Counted from the stretch's first letter, positions 8,965-17,979 are shown. The stretch: 40,641 nt of DNA from an uncultured bacterium (GCA_964619725.1 CAZUFC010000077.1:1-40641), one strand, 5' to 3'. The notes: generated by a model from the letters alone, not told the origin. Numbers and translations are program-made.

Positions 8965-10349
8965 TTTTGTTCCTCCTCCAGAGTTATGAGTTGAGCCATA
9001 CTCAATGATGTGAGTTCTTCAATATCGGCTGCAGCCTTGTGATATTCGAGCTGCGAGGTTATAAGTTCTTTTTTTGTTTGAAATAGGGTTTGTTGCGCTT
9101 GCAGGACTTCAAGGAAGTTCAATTTTCCCAGGCGATAACCTTCGCTTGCTGCCGAGAATGCTTCCTGAGCAGCGGGCAATATTTCATTTTTCCCCGTAAA
9201 AACAGCGTTATGAGAAGATATCAGGCGCTGATAAGCTTCAAACATCGCCAGGCGTATATTTGTTTCCGCCTTTTCTTTCGCTTTGAGGGTTTTCGCCTGC
9301 CTGGCATCGGCCGCCCTTACGCCGCCGGCATTGCGATCGAACAAAGGCAGTGAGAACCCCAGCCCGATAGAGAAAGCTCTCTCGTTATGTCCTTCATTGT
9401 GCTCCATTCCGGCAGAAATGTTTAAATCCGGGATTCGGGCGGCTTTTTCAGCTTCAGTCAAAACCTTTGACAATTCTGTTCGTGATTCCCATCCGGCTAT
9501 TTCCGCATTACGGGGAACGCATCCGACAATGCACGGCAAAGAAGGTAATTCCTTCGGAACATCTTCAATTGAACCTACAGCTTGTGTAAATGAGGGCAGA
9601 GATTCCCCCCACATTGAAGCTAAAGCGTGACGGGCCGTTTCGAGTTCAATTTCCGCCCGGTTCAGTTCGAGTTCTGCGGATGACAGTGCAACGCGGCTTT
9701 GAATTTCTTCAAACGGCGAACTTTTTCCCGATTCCACTTTATCAGTTACGACCTTATGAACATTGGACGCGAGTTTGCAGGCTGACCGGATTACAGCCAA
9801 TTTCTGCTGAGAAGCCAGCAATTCAAAAAATCTTTTGGCGGTTTCAGTCAATATAGCCTGTCGTGATGCTTCGTAATCTCGCACAGCCAAATCCGATTCC
9901 CAAACCGCTGCCTGTCGTCTGTGTTCCCTTTTTCCTCCCAGTTCAAAGGGTTGAATCAGTCTTAAAACAGCGGTTGCAGAATCGAATGGCTGCGAGCCGG
10001 ACTCTGCTGTAATCTCCTCCATTTCCAATTCCAGCTCAGGGTTCGGTAACCGCCCGGACTGCATGACCTCAGCTTTTGCCGCCTCAACTTCCCAAAAAGC
10101 TTCACCCAGAGCGGGATTCCCGGATAAAGCCCAATCCAGCGCTTTTTCCAATGTCATGGAGCCGCCGGCCTTCTCCGCTGCGAGCGATTCGTGAGACTCA
10201 GCGGCTGGAACCGGTTGAGTCGATGAAAATCGGACATCCTCTTCAAGTAACGGCTTCGCAGTCATGTCCGCGGCCAATAAATTTGAAATGCAATCCATAA
10301 ACATGCATGGAATCGCTATACATGATAACAACAATACTTTGATGAACAT
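8961..10349 (-). CDS. czcC: TolC/CzcC family outer-membrane efflux protein
   Basis: LPNPELE, QPFELGGKR, SLPLFDRN, GYRLGKLNFLEVLQAQ; first gene of the tripartite operon. Confidence 0.9.
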   Translation of the reverse strand: MFIKVLLLSCIAIPCMFMDCISNLLAADMTAKPLLEEDVRFSSTQPVPAAESHESLAAEKAGGSMTLEKALDWALSGNPALGEAFWEVEAAKAEVMQSGRLPNPELELEMEEITAESGSQPFDSATAVLRLIQPFELGGKREHRRQAAVWESDLAVRDYEASRQAILTETAKRFFELLASQQKLAVIRSACKLASNVHKVVTDKVESGKSSPFEEIQSRVALSSAELELNRAEIELETARHALASMWGESLPSFTQAVGSIEDVPKELPSLPCIVGCVPRNAEIAGWESRTELSKVLTEAEKAARIPDLNISAGMEHNEGHNERAFSIGLGFSLPLFDRNAGGVRAADARQAKTLKAKEKAETNIRLAMFEAYQRLISSHNAVFTGKNEILPAAQEAFSAASEGYRLGKLNFLEVLQAQQTLFQTKKELITSQLEYHKAAADIEELTSLSMAQLITLEEEQK

Positions 10350-10498
10350 TCCGTTTCTCCTTTTTCATTTGGAATAAAATTGCTTGATTTCAGGATTTTA
10401 TAGAGAACGATACGGTGATATCATTTCTGGGACGAAACGATACAATGCCGCCTTTTCCCGTACTGGTTGAAAAGTACGAAAAAGAAGAAAAGAATTGT

Positions 10499-10945
10499 CT
10501 AAATGATCAGTTTGATTGTATTGAGGGATAATCGATCAGAACACGGCTTTTCCGGAACAGGAACAGCGGCGCTCTCGGAAGCCCCCGTTTTTTCACGGAC
10601 TGTCGGATTGCAAGGGCTGATGAAGGTTGCGGAATGAAGTCCGGGATCGGATATGCTCTTTGATGCCGGTCTTCGTTTGTACCAGACAAGGGATACCTCA
10701 ATGTCTATACATATTCCCGGCGCGGCCGAAATCCACAAGAAATCATCCATATCGCCCGCCCGGCTGCAGCCCTTATCTGGATCGTATCCGCAAGCTCCTT
10801 CGTATAAGTGCTTCACATGAATATGCCCGTCAGCATCCAGGCACAGCGCCAAGCCGGAAATATTGCACAGGAATACGATGGCGTAAAAGAAAACGACCGG
10901 GTAAATCATCGTCTTTTTTCTGCTTTTTGTGAGAGCCTGCTTCAC
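10499..10945 (-). CDS. Small exported Cys/His-containing protein upstream of the czc operon
   Basis: GTG 10945 with AGAAGG RBS; hydrophobic segment followed by LCLDADGHIHV...C...CIDI; position typical of accessory metal-efflux genes. Confidence 0.6.
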   Translation of the reverse strand: MKQALTKSRKKTMIYPVVFFYAIVFLCNISGLALCLDADGHIHVKHLYEGACGYDPDKGCSRAGDMDDFLWISAAPGICIDIEVSLVWYKRRPASKSISDPGLHSATFISPCNPTVREKTGASESAAVPVPEKPCSDRLSLNTIKLII

Positions 10946-11042
10946 ATCAACCTTCTCGATCCGCAATACTTGAACATTTGAATGCTTCAGATTTGCAATG
11001 GTTTCCCTCAATATTGCGGGAAAGGAAACCATACTCCTTTGA

Positions 11043-11071
11043 GTATTAAGAAAAGATAAGTGAAATGTCAA
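11043..11071 (-). promoter_or_regulatory. Putative sigma70-type promoter of the czc operon
   Basis: Minus strand TTGACA (11071-11066), 17-nt spacer, weak -10 TAATAC. Confidence 0.4.
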
Positions 11072-11119
11072 ACATGACGCGCCTTGAGGATTCAATCTGT
11101 CGTCATCATTAAGTCATTT

Positions 11120-11268
11120 GGTCCTGATCAAGCTGGAGTTACACTTCTGTCAATACTTTTGACGGTTTGTTTCATTAATCGGGATCATAACCGGGAATGA
11201 AATCGAAACAAAATGATGGGAGGTTCAGTCGAATTGTAACTTCAAAAGAGGCTTTTTTGATCAATGCA
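11120..11268 (+). repeat. Family A dispersed repeat (MITE-like)
   Basis: GGTCCTGATCAAGCTGGAGTTACAC ... AATTGTAACTTCAAAAGAGGCTTTTTTGATCAATGC; close match to 35033-35176. Confidence 0.8.
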
Positions 11269-11310
11269 CGTAATTTTCCAACGAGAGCCCTGTTCACTTT
11301 TTTTTGCACA

Positions 11311-11904
11311 TTACGTCTTAACAGCTATGAACACCATGTGATTCAAGGGAAACTGATCGCTTTCCATCAAAAGTATTCTGAGTCCGTCGGCATTGAGGAT
11401 ATTTAAATATTCCATGTAATCCAATGAGCCGTAATCGAATTTGATGCCGTGCATTTCACCGCTGCGTTCGTCATCTATCCCGCCTGCCGTGAACAGCAGT
11501 ACGCCCTTTTTGTTCAGCAGTCCGCACATTTTTCTCACGGCTTTCGCCTGAAGGTTTTTCGAGGCATGAAAAATACTGTCCCAGGCTATTATCAGATCGT
11601 AAGTTCCGGAGGAATTCCAAGTGATGAAATCATTATGTATGAAAGGAATACCGGGATGCTTGATTTTTGCTGATTTTATCATTTGGGCAGATACGTCTAT
11701 ACCGGAAATCTGAAAACCTCGTCTGACGGCTTCATCGATTATTCTGCCGGAGCTGCCGCAGCCGACATCCAGGACTTTAGCGTTTTCCGGGGCGAGACTC
11801 ATCGCCTGCCGCACGTATTTCATGCCGTAGTCGGACCCCTGCATTTGGGCTGTCCACCATTCAGCAATCAGATCATATCTTTTTCCGAGTTCTTTTGAAT
11901 CCAT
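11311..11904 (-). CDS. Class I SAM-dependent methyltransferase
   Basis: VLDVGCGSSG, GIDVSAQMI, YDLIIAWDSIFH; RBS AGAAAGGA. Confidence 0.9.
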   Translation of the reverse strand: MDSKELGKRYDLIAEWWTAQMQGSDYGMKYVRQAMSLAPENAKVLDVGCGSSGRIIDEAVRRGFQISGIDVSAQMIKSAKIKHPGIPFIHNDFITWNSSGTYDLIIAWDSIFHASKNLQAKAVRKMCGLLNKKGVLLFTAGGIDDERSGEMHGIKFDYGSLDYMEYLNILNADGLRILLMESDQFPLNHMVFIAVKT

Positions 11905-11967
11905 GTTTCCTTTCTAAAAAGGAGATCGAAGTCCTGCCGGCATGCTCATGTCAAGTCCGCTTACGCC

Positions 11968-12402
11968 TTACGGTAACTGTTCTTCCTCATTTATCCACTG
12001 AAGCATGGCCGGACTGTGGTCTTTCTGTGCGATAAAGCCGTGTTTTTCGTAAAAACCGGTTAAGCCTCTGGTCGGAAATACGCCGATCAGGGTATTCGGA
12101 TATCTAATCCCGTCGAAGTATTCCATCAGTTTTCCGACGATAGCCGTGCCGATTCCTCCCCCCTGACACTCAGGATGCACAACCACATCAGTAATGTAAT
12201 AATGCAGTCCCCCGTCGCCGATGATGCCTCCGAAACCGATGATTCGACTGTCAATGACGGCACATACGGAATATTCAGACCGGGCAAGCGCCTTCCGAAC
12301 CGCTTCCGGACCACGTTTTTTCCATTTCACGGAATCGATAAGATAAAGATATTCCTCAACAGTCGGAACTTTATCGATCAATGTGTACCCGGTAGAAGGC
12401 AT
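11968..12402 (-). CDS. GNAT family N-acetyltransferase
   Basis: YITDVVVHPECQGGGIG acetyl-CoA motif A; GFYEKHGF. Confidence 0.9.
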   Translation of the reverse strand: MPSTGYTLIDKVPTVEEYLYLIDSVKWKKRGPEAVRKALARSEYSVCAVIDSRIIGFGGIIGDGGLHYYITDVVVHPECQGGGIGTAIVGKLMEYFDGIRYPNTLIGVFPTRGLTGFYEKHGFIAQKDHSPAMLQWINEEEQLP

Positions 12403-12606
12403 ATTTTTGTCCTTGCCGCCCCCGAAGAGTCTGCCGATTCTTCATGACAAACATCACGCCATTCCCTCAGGCGATTTTCTCAAAGCTGCGCCTGTTAGTC
12501 AATCGGATGAATAATAGATTCATTCTGATGTTTCCGGGGCAGTACTGCCGGCTTGACTTTAAAGATGAGAGGATGAAAAATCGGTATGGGATGGAGGATT
12601 GGAAGA

Positions 12607-13067
12607 ATGTTTTTAATTGAATTCAACAACGAGATTCATCGGGAGCAGGTGATGGAACTGTGGAAGTTGGTTTTCGGATACGAAGCGCCTCATAATGCTC
12701 CTGGATTCGTGATAGACAAAAAGCTAGAGGCGGCTGACGGACTTTTCTTCGTAGCTCTGAAGGAGGGTGAAGTAGTCGGCGCGGTTATGGCCGGATATGA
12801 CGGGCACAGGGGCTGGATTTATTCCCTTTCGGTTCATCCGTATCATCGCAATCAGTCGATCGGATCACGCCTGCTGCATTCGCTGAACAAGCCCTGGCCT
12901 CACGCGGATGCATCAAGATAAACCTGCAGATTATGTCTGATAACGAGCAAGTAAAGGCATTTTACGAAGCAAACGGTTATTCGGTGGAGGAGAGGATAAG
13001 CATGGGGAAGAGGTTATATGAAGAATTAAGCGGAATGCCTCAGGCGCTTGTAAATCCGATCACTTAA
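12607..13067 (+). pseudogene. YpeA-like GNAT acetyltransferase, frameshifted near 12878
   Basis: First frame MAGYDGHRGWIYSLSVHP..R..IG; the -1 frame continues FAEQALASRGCIKINLQI...FYEANGY..EERISMGKRL to TAA 13065-13067. Confidence 0.85.
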
Positions 13068-13384
13068 GTCGGAAGAATTTTTAATTAACGGGTATGAGTT
13101 GTAATCAATTCTGAAATTTCATAAAATTTAAGGTTGAGAGCGTTAATTTTTCGAGCAGAACCTCATAAAGTAGTGGAGGATTTGCGCTCCATCGAAAACG
13201 TCAGTCTGAACAGGGGATTCCAGACAAGGCTTTTTTTTAGCAGGGAAGAAGCAGTTACCATGGTTGCGGAGTGATTGACGGTCAGCTTCAAGGCGATTGA
13301 GTGGAAGCGTGGAACTAAACAAGCTCTCAAGGAATCCGGGACGTTCCCGCCGGCTTGACTTTGAAGAACAGAAAAGCTAAGTAG

Positions 13385-13582
13385 TGTCTGTCCACAAACT
13401 CAAATCTCGATTCAAAATTTAATGCTGGACAGCCACTTGGGTTTTTGATCCATAAACGAGCGAATTTTTCTTAAGACAAGGAAGGCAAGGATTTGCGAAG
13501 GAGGCGCATTTATTATACGTTGACTGAGCAAATCCGCAGTCTGACGCAGCATTGGGGGAAATTCGCCGTTTATGGACAAAAA
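13385..13582 (+). mobile_element. 198-bp MITE, family E, copy 1
   Basis: Imperfect TIRs TGTCTGTCCACAAA / TTTATGGACAAAAA; flanked by CTAAGTAG (13377-13384) and CTAAGTAC (13583-13590); inverted homolog at 14705-14902. Confidence 0.85.
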
Positions 13583-13671
13583 CTAAGTACATTAATAGCG
13601 AAAAAGAAAGCTGTTCTGCTTCATACGAACACCGAAAAAAAATCAGAAATTTTTGAAGGGAGGATTTCCAA

Positions 13672-14169
13672 ATGAGAAGATATTTCAACTTATATAACTT
13701 TTTTTTCGTTGTTGGAATTTTGGGAATAAGTTGCGTGGTCTGTGAAGGGCACGGCACGGGAACTTCATGGGACAGCGGGCTTACGGATTTGGCCTATGAT
13801 TGCGGCTGGATCGGATGTTTGGAGGAATATTCGCCGCAGGAATATTGTGAAATAGCGGTTGAGGATCAAAGCATTTACGTTTCGCACATCAATGCGATAT
13901 TGAACTGCTGCATCAATGAGGTGGACTTGGACATAGAGGTTCAGCCGGGGTTGATCAAGGTAATCGAAAATGAGGTTTTCTATGCGGGGCCGTGTGATTG
14001 TTACTGCAATTTCGACGTGCATATAGACATATACAATGTACCATGCGGAATCTATACGCTGGAAGTATGGACGCGTTACGAGGGAATGGAAATGGAACTG
14101 AAGTGCAGTCATAGCGTTAAAATCTGCAAGGGAGAATTGTCAGGGATAGAAAATTCAGTGCGGGATTGA
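13672..14169 (+). CDS. Cys-rich exported hypothetical protein
   Basis: Signal-like N-terminus; HINAILNCC and GPCDCYC motifs; RBS GGGAGG. Confidence 0.7.
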   Translation: MRRYFNLYNFFFVVGILGISCVVCEGHGTGTSWDSGLTDLAYDCGWIGCLEEYSPQEYCEIAVEDQSIYVSHINAILNCCINEVDLDIEVQPGLIKVIENEVFYAGPCDCYCNFDVHIDIYNVPCGIYTLEVWTRYEGMEMELKCSHSVKICKGELSGIENSVRD

Positions 14170-14276
14170 ATTTCAGAGATCGTTAACTTCCATCAGTTTA
14201 TTATTAAAAAAAATGGACAACATCCACAAAAGTTATCATCATAATCCCCCCCCTGTTTCCCCCCGCCTGCGGCTTT

Positions 14277-14482
14277 GGCATCAGGATAACAGGAACCAAT
14301 CATTGTTTTTAAAGCATAAAACTTAAAAATGTATTCGTCGTCGTTGTCGCTGTCGAATTTAAACTCGAAGCTCATTCATGTGAAATTGGGTTTAAAATTC
14401 ATTGCGCACGATACTCCGACAACGACAACGATTCATCAGCCAACATATTGAGAAGTAATGAGGTAACGCTTATCCTAATACG
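14277..14482 (+). repeat. Family B dispersed repeat (MITE-like), copy 1
   Basis: Ends GGCATCAGGATAAC ... CTTATCCTAATACG are imperfect inverted repeats; internal TCGTTGTCG/CGACAACGA arms; aligns to 18050-18280 and 26358-26597. Confidence 0.85.
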
Positions 14483-14486
14483 TATT

Positions 14487-15340
14487 CCCGGGATGGGGCG
14501 CCTGCACAGCGATGGTGAGTTCATCCCGTATCGTATACGGACCTTTTGAATGGGAACCGGAAAACGGCGGCGGTTGCGAATCAGTATGTTACGAATTCAA
14601 CCGCTTTATGATCGACAGCCCCTCCGGCGCTTTGCCTGTCGGCGAGGCTTTTTACGAAGGAAAGCATTATACTCATGTGAATTTCGACATGGGTAACTAC
14701 ATAGTTTTTGTCCATAAAGGGCGAATTTTCCCCAATACTGAGTCAGTCTTCTGATTTGCTCAGTCAACGTATAAGCGCCACCCCTGCATCGCAAATCCTT
14801 ACCATCCATGTCTTAAGAAAGATTCGCCCGTTTATGGATCAAAAACCGCAGTGACTGTCCGGCATTAAATTTTGAATCGAGAATCGAGTTTGTGGACAGT
14901 CACTACATAGAAAACATCACCATGCTGGAATATAACCTGTTCGGCGATCCCTCGCTGGTGCGGGAAGGAATAGAAAATCAGGTTACTCCATCACCGGCGC
15001 CGACTTTTACGCCGACTCCCGTCATAGCGCATGAGGACCACTTTGAAAACGGAATCCTGGTGTGTACGGGCCCATACGGCGCTGCAGCATGCGAAACAGC
15101 CTGGGCGGCCCATGATCCCACCGACGGAGGATATCCGCCTGCCTGCGATGGGACTAATGTGGCCTGGCACACTTACGAGGCATGTAATTATCCGCACGGG
15201 CCGGATCATCTGCTCATCATGAACGGTACGACGAATCCCAATCATGACATGACGGGATACCGGGACATAGCAATTTCGCTCGACTGGTATTACAACAACG
15301 ATGCCTATGGAGAAACCGTCGAAATATGGCAGGAATTTTC
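14487..15340 (+). pseudogene. Fragment of C25 (gingipain-like) peptidase with PT linker, interrupted by a MITE and truncated at both ends
   Basis: Removing 14705-14910 joins the two ORFs into ...VGEAFYEGKHY...DMGNYIENITMLEYNLFGDPSL..., the C25 C-terminal YNLFGDP motif, followed by TPSPAPTFTPTP. Confidence 0.75.
14705..14902 (-). mobile_element. 198-bp MITE, family E, copy 2 (inverted relative to copy 1)
   Basis: Perfect duplication CTACATAG at 14697-14704 and 14903-14910; same length as copy 1. Confidence 0.9.
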
Positions 15341-17227
15341 TATCAAAGCCAGGGCGTGCTGAAAAACGGTGTCTTTGCCTTCAAGCAGGTCACTGTAAGT
15401 TTGAGTTACCGGATAATCAGGCGACACGCCGCGACGCTTATCAATTCCCTCAACAGCCGCCGCATAGGTTTTTTTTCCTATGTACAGCATTATCCTGGTG
15501 TTTTTTAAATCCATGTGCATATCCTGCCCAGCGTTGCACTTGTAAGAAGCGCCGCCCTCAGAACCCACGAATTTGCCTAATTTGTGATACTTGAGAAGAG
15601 AGCAGAAATGACCGCTGGTTGAATTGCAGCGGCCGTCTATGAGAATGTATAAATTGCCGGTGAAGTGATTTTCCGCCAGGGTAATCGGATCGGCCAGGGA
15701 GGAATACTTGCCGTACGGTTCGGCGAAATAAGGCACAGGCTCCCGCTCCAAGTACGAAAGCAGAGGGGCTGCACAGAACGGATCGCCTCCGTCGTTTCCG
15801 CGAATATCCAGAATCAGGTTTTTTATTTCTTTTTCACGAATTTCTCTGAAACTTCTTTCGAGATACTCTTTAAACATGGGTACCCTATCATAATAAATAA
15901 AAGTCTTTATCGTCATCACTGCCGTATTTTTGTCTTCATGCAGCTCAAATTCAAGTTCGGGATGATGATGATTTGCAAAAACTACGGCCCTGACCGCTTG
16001 TATGCCCGCCGGCTTTAGGTCATCTGTTATTCCCCTTTCTTCTCCGGGAGGGATATAGGATGTCCTGAAAGTTTCCGGAAACCCGAAACGCCTGGCGTAA
16101 ATCATGGAAAAACGTCTTTCGATTTGCGACAGGATGAAGTTTTCATTAAAAGCATCTGCCGAATAATTCTGTTTCATTTCTTCAATTATGTCTGCGACAG
16201 GAACGCCGTTGATATCCAGGATGATGCTTCCCAGAGGAACGCTTGATTCGACGTCATAATCGCCCGTAACCACTGCCTTGCCCTCTATCAATCTTATCCT
16301 CAGCGGAAACAGCTTGTGGGGGTCACTGTTCCAGTATGCAGAAGGCATCCACACATTCGTATGAGCGCAACCGATTCGCGCTGTGACCGGCGTGAGAATT
16401 CTGAAGAACTCCCTTAAGTTCATTGGCCTCGTAATGAGTCCGTATTGCTTGTCGAACAGTTCATCGAATGTTTTCTTATCGGTGTATTCATAAAGAGCGG
16501 CGTGCTTTTCTTCCAACGCGCGTCTCGCCTGCCGGAAGTCTTCCTGCAGCTCTTCAACCGGAAATACCGTTTTAAAATTTCTGTCCTCGATTCTTACGGC
16601 ATATATCGTTAAATCTCCGTCGACCCATCTGATTTTTGAGATATTACCGTCTTCATTTTTCATAAAAGTGATGTAATAATCATGTTCTTCCTCTTCAGCC
16701 TTGAATTTCAGTTTTGCCGGGTCCAGGGGCATCATCTCGATCGGATCGTCAGGCGGCTCGACGCCCATTAATTTGCCCTCTTCTATGTATACCTCGAGGA
16801 GGATGTATTTTTCTTTAAAATAAAATTCATAATCTCCCGTCAGTTCCGCCAGGAGAGGATTTTTAAGTTTTTCAAGCATTCTCTTGCCGTTTGCATTTCC
16901 GGGATTCAGTTCCAGGGATTTTTCATAATTCAGAACCGCCAGGTCTGATTCTCCTTTTATCATGTAGGCCTCAGCGAGACTGTCGTATGCATTCCAGGAT
17001 TCAGGATGCGTTTTAAGGTTAAACCGAAAAATTTCTACGGCTTCGTCCAACCGGTTTTGTTTGACGAGGCGATAACCCAGGTAATTGATCGTCGCTTCAT
17101 TATATTGAGTAAGGCCGGGGTACGCTTTTTTCACATCTTCCAGCGTTTCCAGAGGCTTTTGCGAAAAACATACGGTCGCGAATTGAATCAGAAAAATTAC
17201 TGCGTATAATTTTTTTCCAGAATACAT
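15305..17227 (-). CDS. S41 family peptidase with N-terminal TPR
   Basis: Signal peptide; TPR WNAYDSLAEAY...YEKSLELNP; LILDIRGNDGG, LIDGRCNSTS, VGSEGG, GVSPD motifs. Confidence 0.88.
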   Translation of the reverse strand: MYSGKKLYAVIFLIQFATVCFSQKPLETLEDVKKAYPGLTQYNEATINYLGYRLVKQNRLDEAVEIFRFNLKTHPESWNAYDSLAEAYMIKGESDLAVLNYEKSLELNPGNANGKRMLEKLKNPLLAELTGDYEFYFKEKYILLEVYIEEGKLMGVEPPDDPIEMMPLDPAKLKFKAEEEEHDYYITFMKNEDGNISKIRWVDGDLTIYAVRIEDRNFKTVFPVEELQEDFRQARRALEEKHAALYEYTDKKTFDELFDKQYGLITRPMNLREFFRILTPVTARIGCAHTNVWMPSAYWNSDPHKLFPLRIRLIEGKAVVTGDYDVESSVPLGSIILDINGVPVADIIEEMKQNYSADAFNENFILSQIERRFSMIYARRFGFPETFRTSYIPPGEERGITDDLKPAGIQAVRAVVFANHHHPELEFELHEDKNTAVMTIKTFIYYDRVPMFKEYLERSFREIREKEIKNLILDIRGNDGGDPFCAAPLLSYLEREPVPYFAEPYGKYSSLADPITLAENHFTGNLYILIDGRCNSTSGHFCSLLKYHKLGKFVGSEGGASYKCNAGQDMHMDLKNTRIMLYIGKKTYAAAVEGIDKRRGVSPDYPVTQTYSDLLEGKDTVFQHALALIENSCHISTVSP

Positions 17228-17402
17228 AGTTTCACCGCCTTAAGTCAGTCAGGCTTTAACGGAAACAATCAACAGCAAGCCGTCCACTGCCTGATCGGAA
17301 GACAGTGAACATATTCAGAAATTGACCTTTGCTCATTAGATTGATTCTCCAGCAAGATAATAGCGTAAGGAAAAACAAATGTAAAAACACTGAAAATTAA
17401 GA

Positions 17403-17901
17403 AACTGATCAAACCGGATTAAAGTTTTTACAGGGAAAAAATTGACTGATTGAAATCCCCATTCCTGAAAGGAACAGATACGCTTATGTCGATGCGAGAC
17501 GCTCGCAACGAAGCATGGGCATTAGCGTATCGGGGGTTGTTTTTTTTCTTACGGAACATCAAATGCTTATGGAATTTATGATATCTCCCGGCCTTTTGCA
17601 GATTGCGTACTGCCCGAATTGTAACCTCGAAAGACCTATTTTCAGACTTCGTTAAGGCAAAATTTAAAGTCATTTAAATTAAATTAGTTGAGCAGCATCT
17701 CTAAAATTGGACAATTGAGCAAAAACAAACATTTCAAAACTATTTAAATTCAATATGATAGTCAATGCCAGTGAATCGCCCGATCATCTCTTTTTGGTCT
17801 AACTATATGATTTTAATAACTTTAACAAAATGACCCATTGTCCAAAAAATCCACTGTTTTTTCACCCCTTTTTAACGATCTCTGATTTTGGATCAATGCC
17901 C
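17403..17901 (+). repeat. Family A-ended composite element containing a structured core and a nested MITE
   Basis: Left end ACTGATCAAACCGGA; right end AATTGTAACCTCGAAAGACCTATTTT|GGATCAATGCCC split by the insertion at 17643-17884. Confidence 0.6.
17643..17884. mobile_element. 242-bp MITE, family D, nested in a family A end
   Basis: TIRs CAGACTTCGTTAA / TTAACGATCTCTG (11/13); 5-bp duplication ATTTT at 17638-17642 and 17885-17889; solo matching end at 14174-14186. Confidence 0.8.
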
Positions 17902-17942
17902 GCTTTTTTAAGAACGTTAAGCTGTATTGAGGGTTTGACTTC

Positions 17943-17979
17943 ACCCCCCGGCCCCCTCTCCATCACTGGATAGGGGGAG
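17943..17979. repeat. GC-rich REP-like hairpin
   Basis: CCCCCTCTCCA-TCAC-TGGATAGGGGG stem-loop preceded by a C-run. Confidence 0.45.

Noticed and set aside
12547-12566. Shared GCCGGCTTGACTTT(A/G)AAGA motif with 13349-13367 as a regulator site
   Set aside because: Only two instances, explainable as similar -35 regions; no convincing -10 or palindrome
13493-13675. Similar small ORFs YTLTEQIR.LTQ.WGKFA (also 14606-14809)
   Set aside because: Both derive from the 198-bp MITE; starts and ends are not conserved and there is no transposase motif
13377-14910. Single composite transposon bounded by the inverted MITEs
   Set aside because: Each copy has its own distinct duplication and the outer flanks do not match, indicating independent insertions
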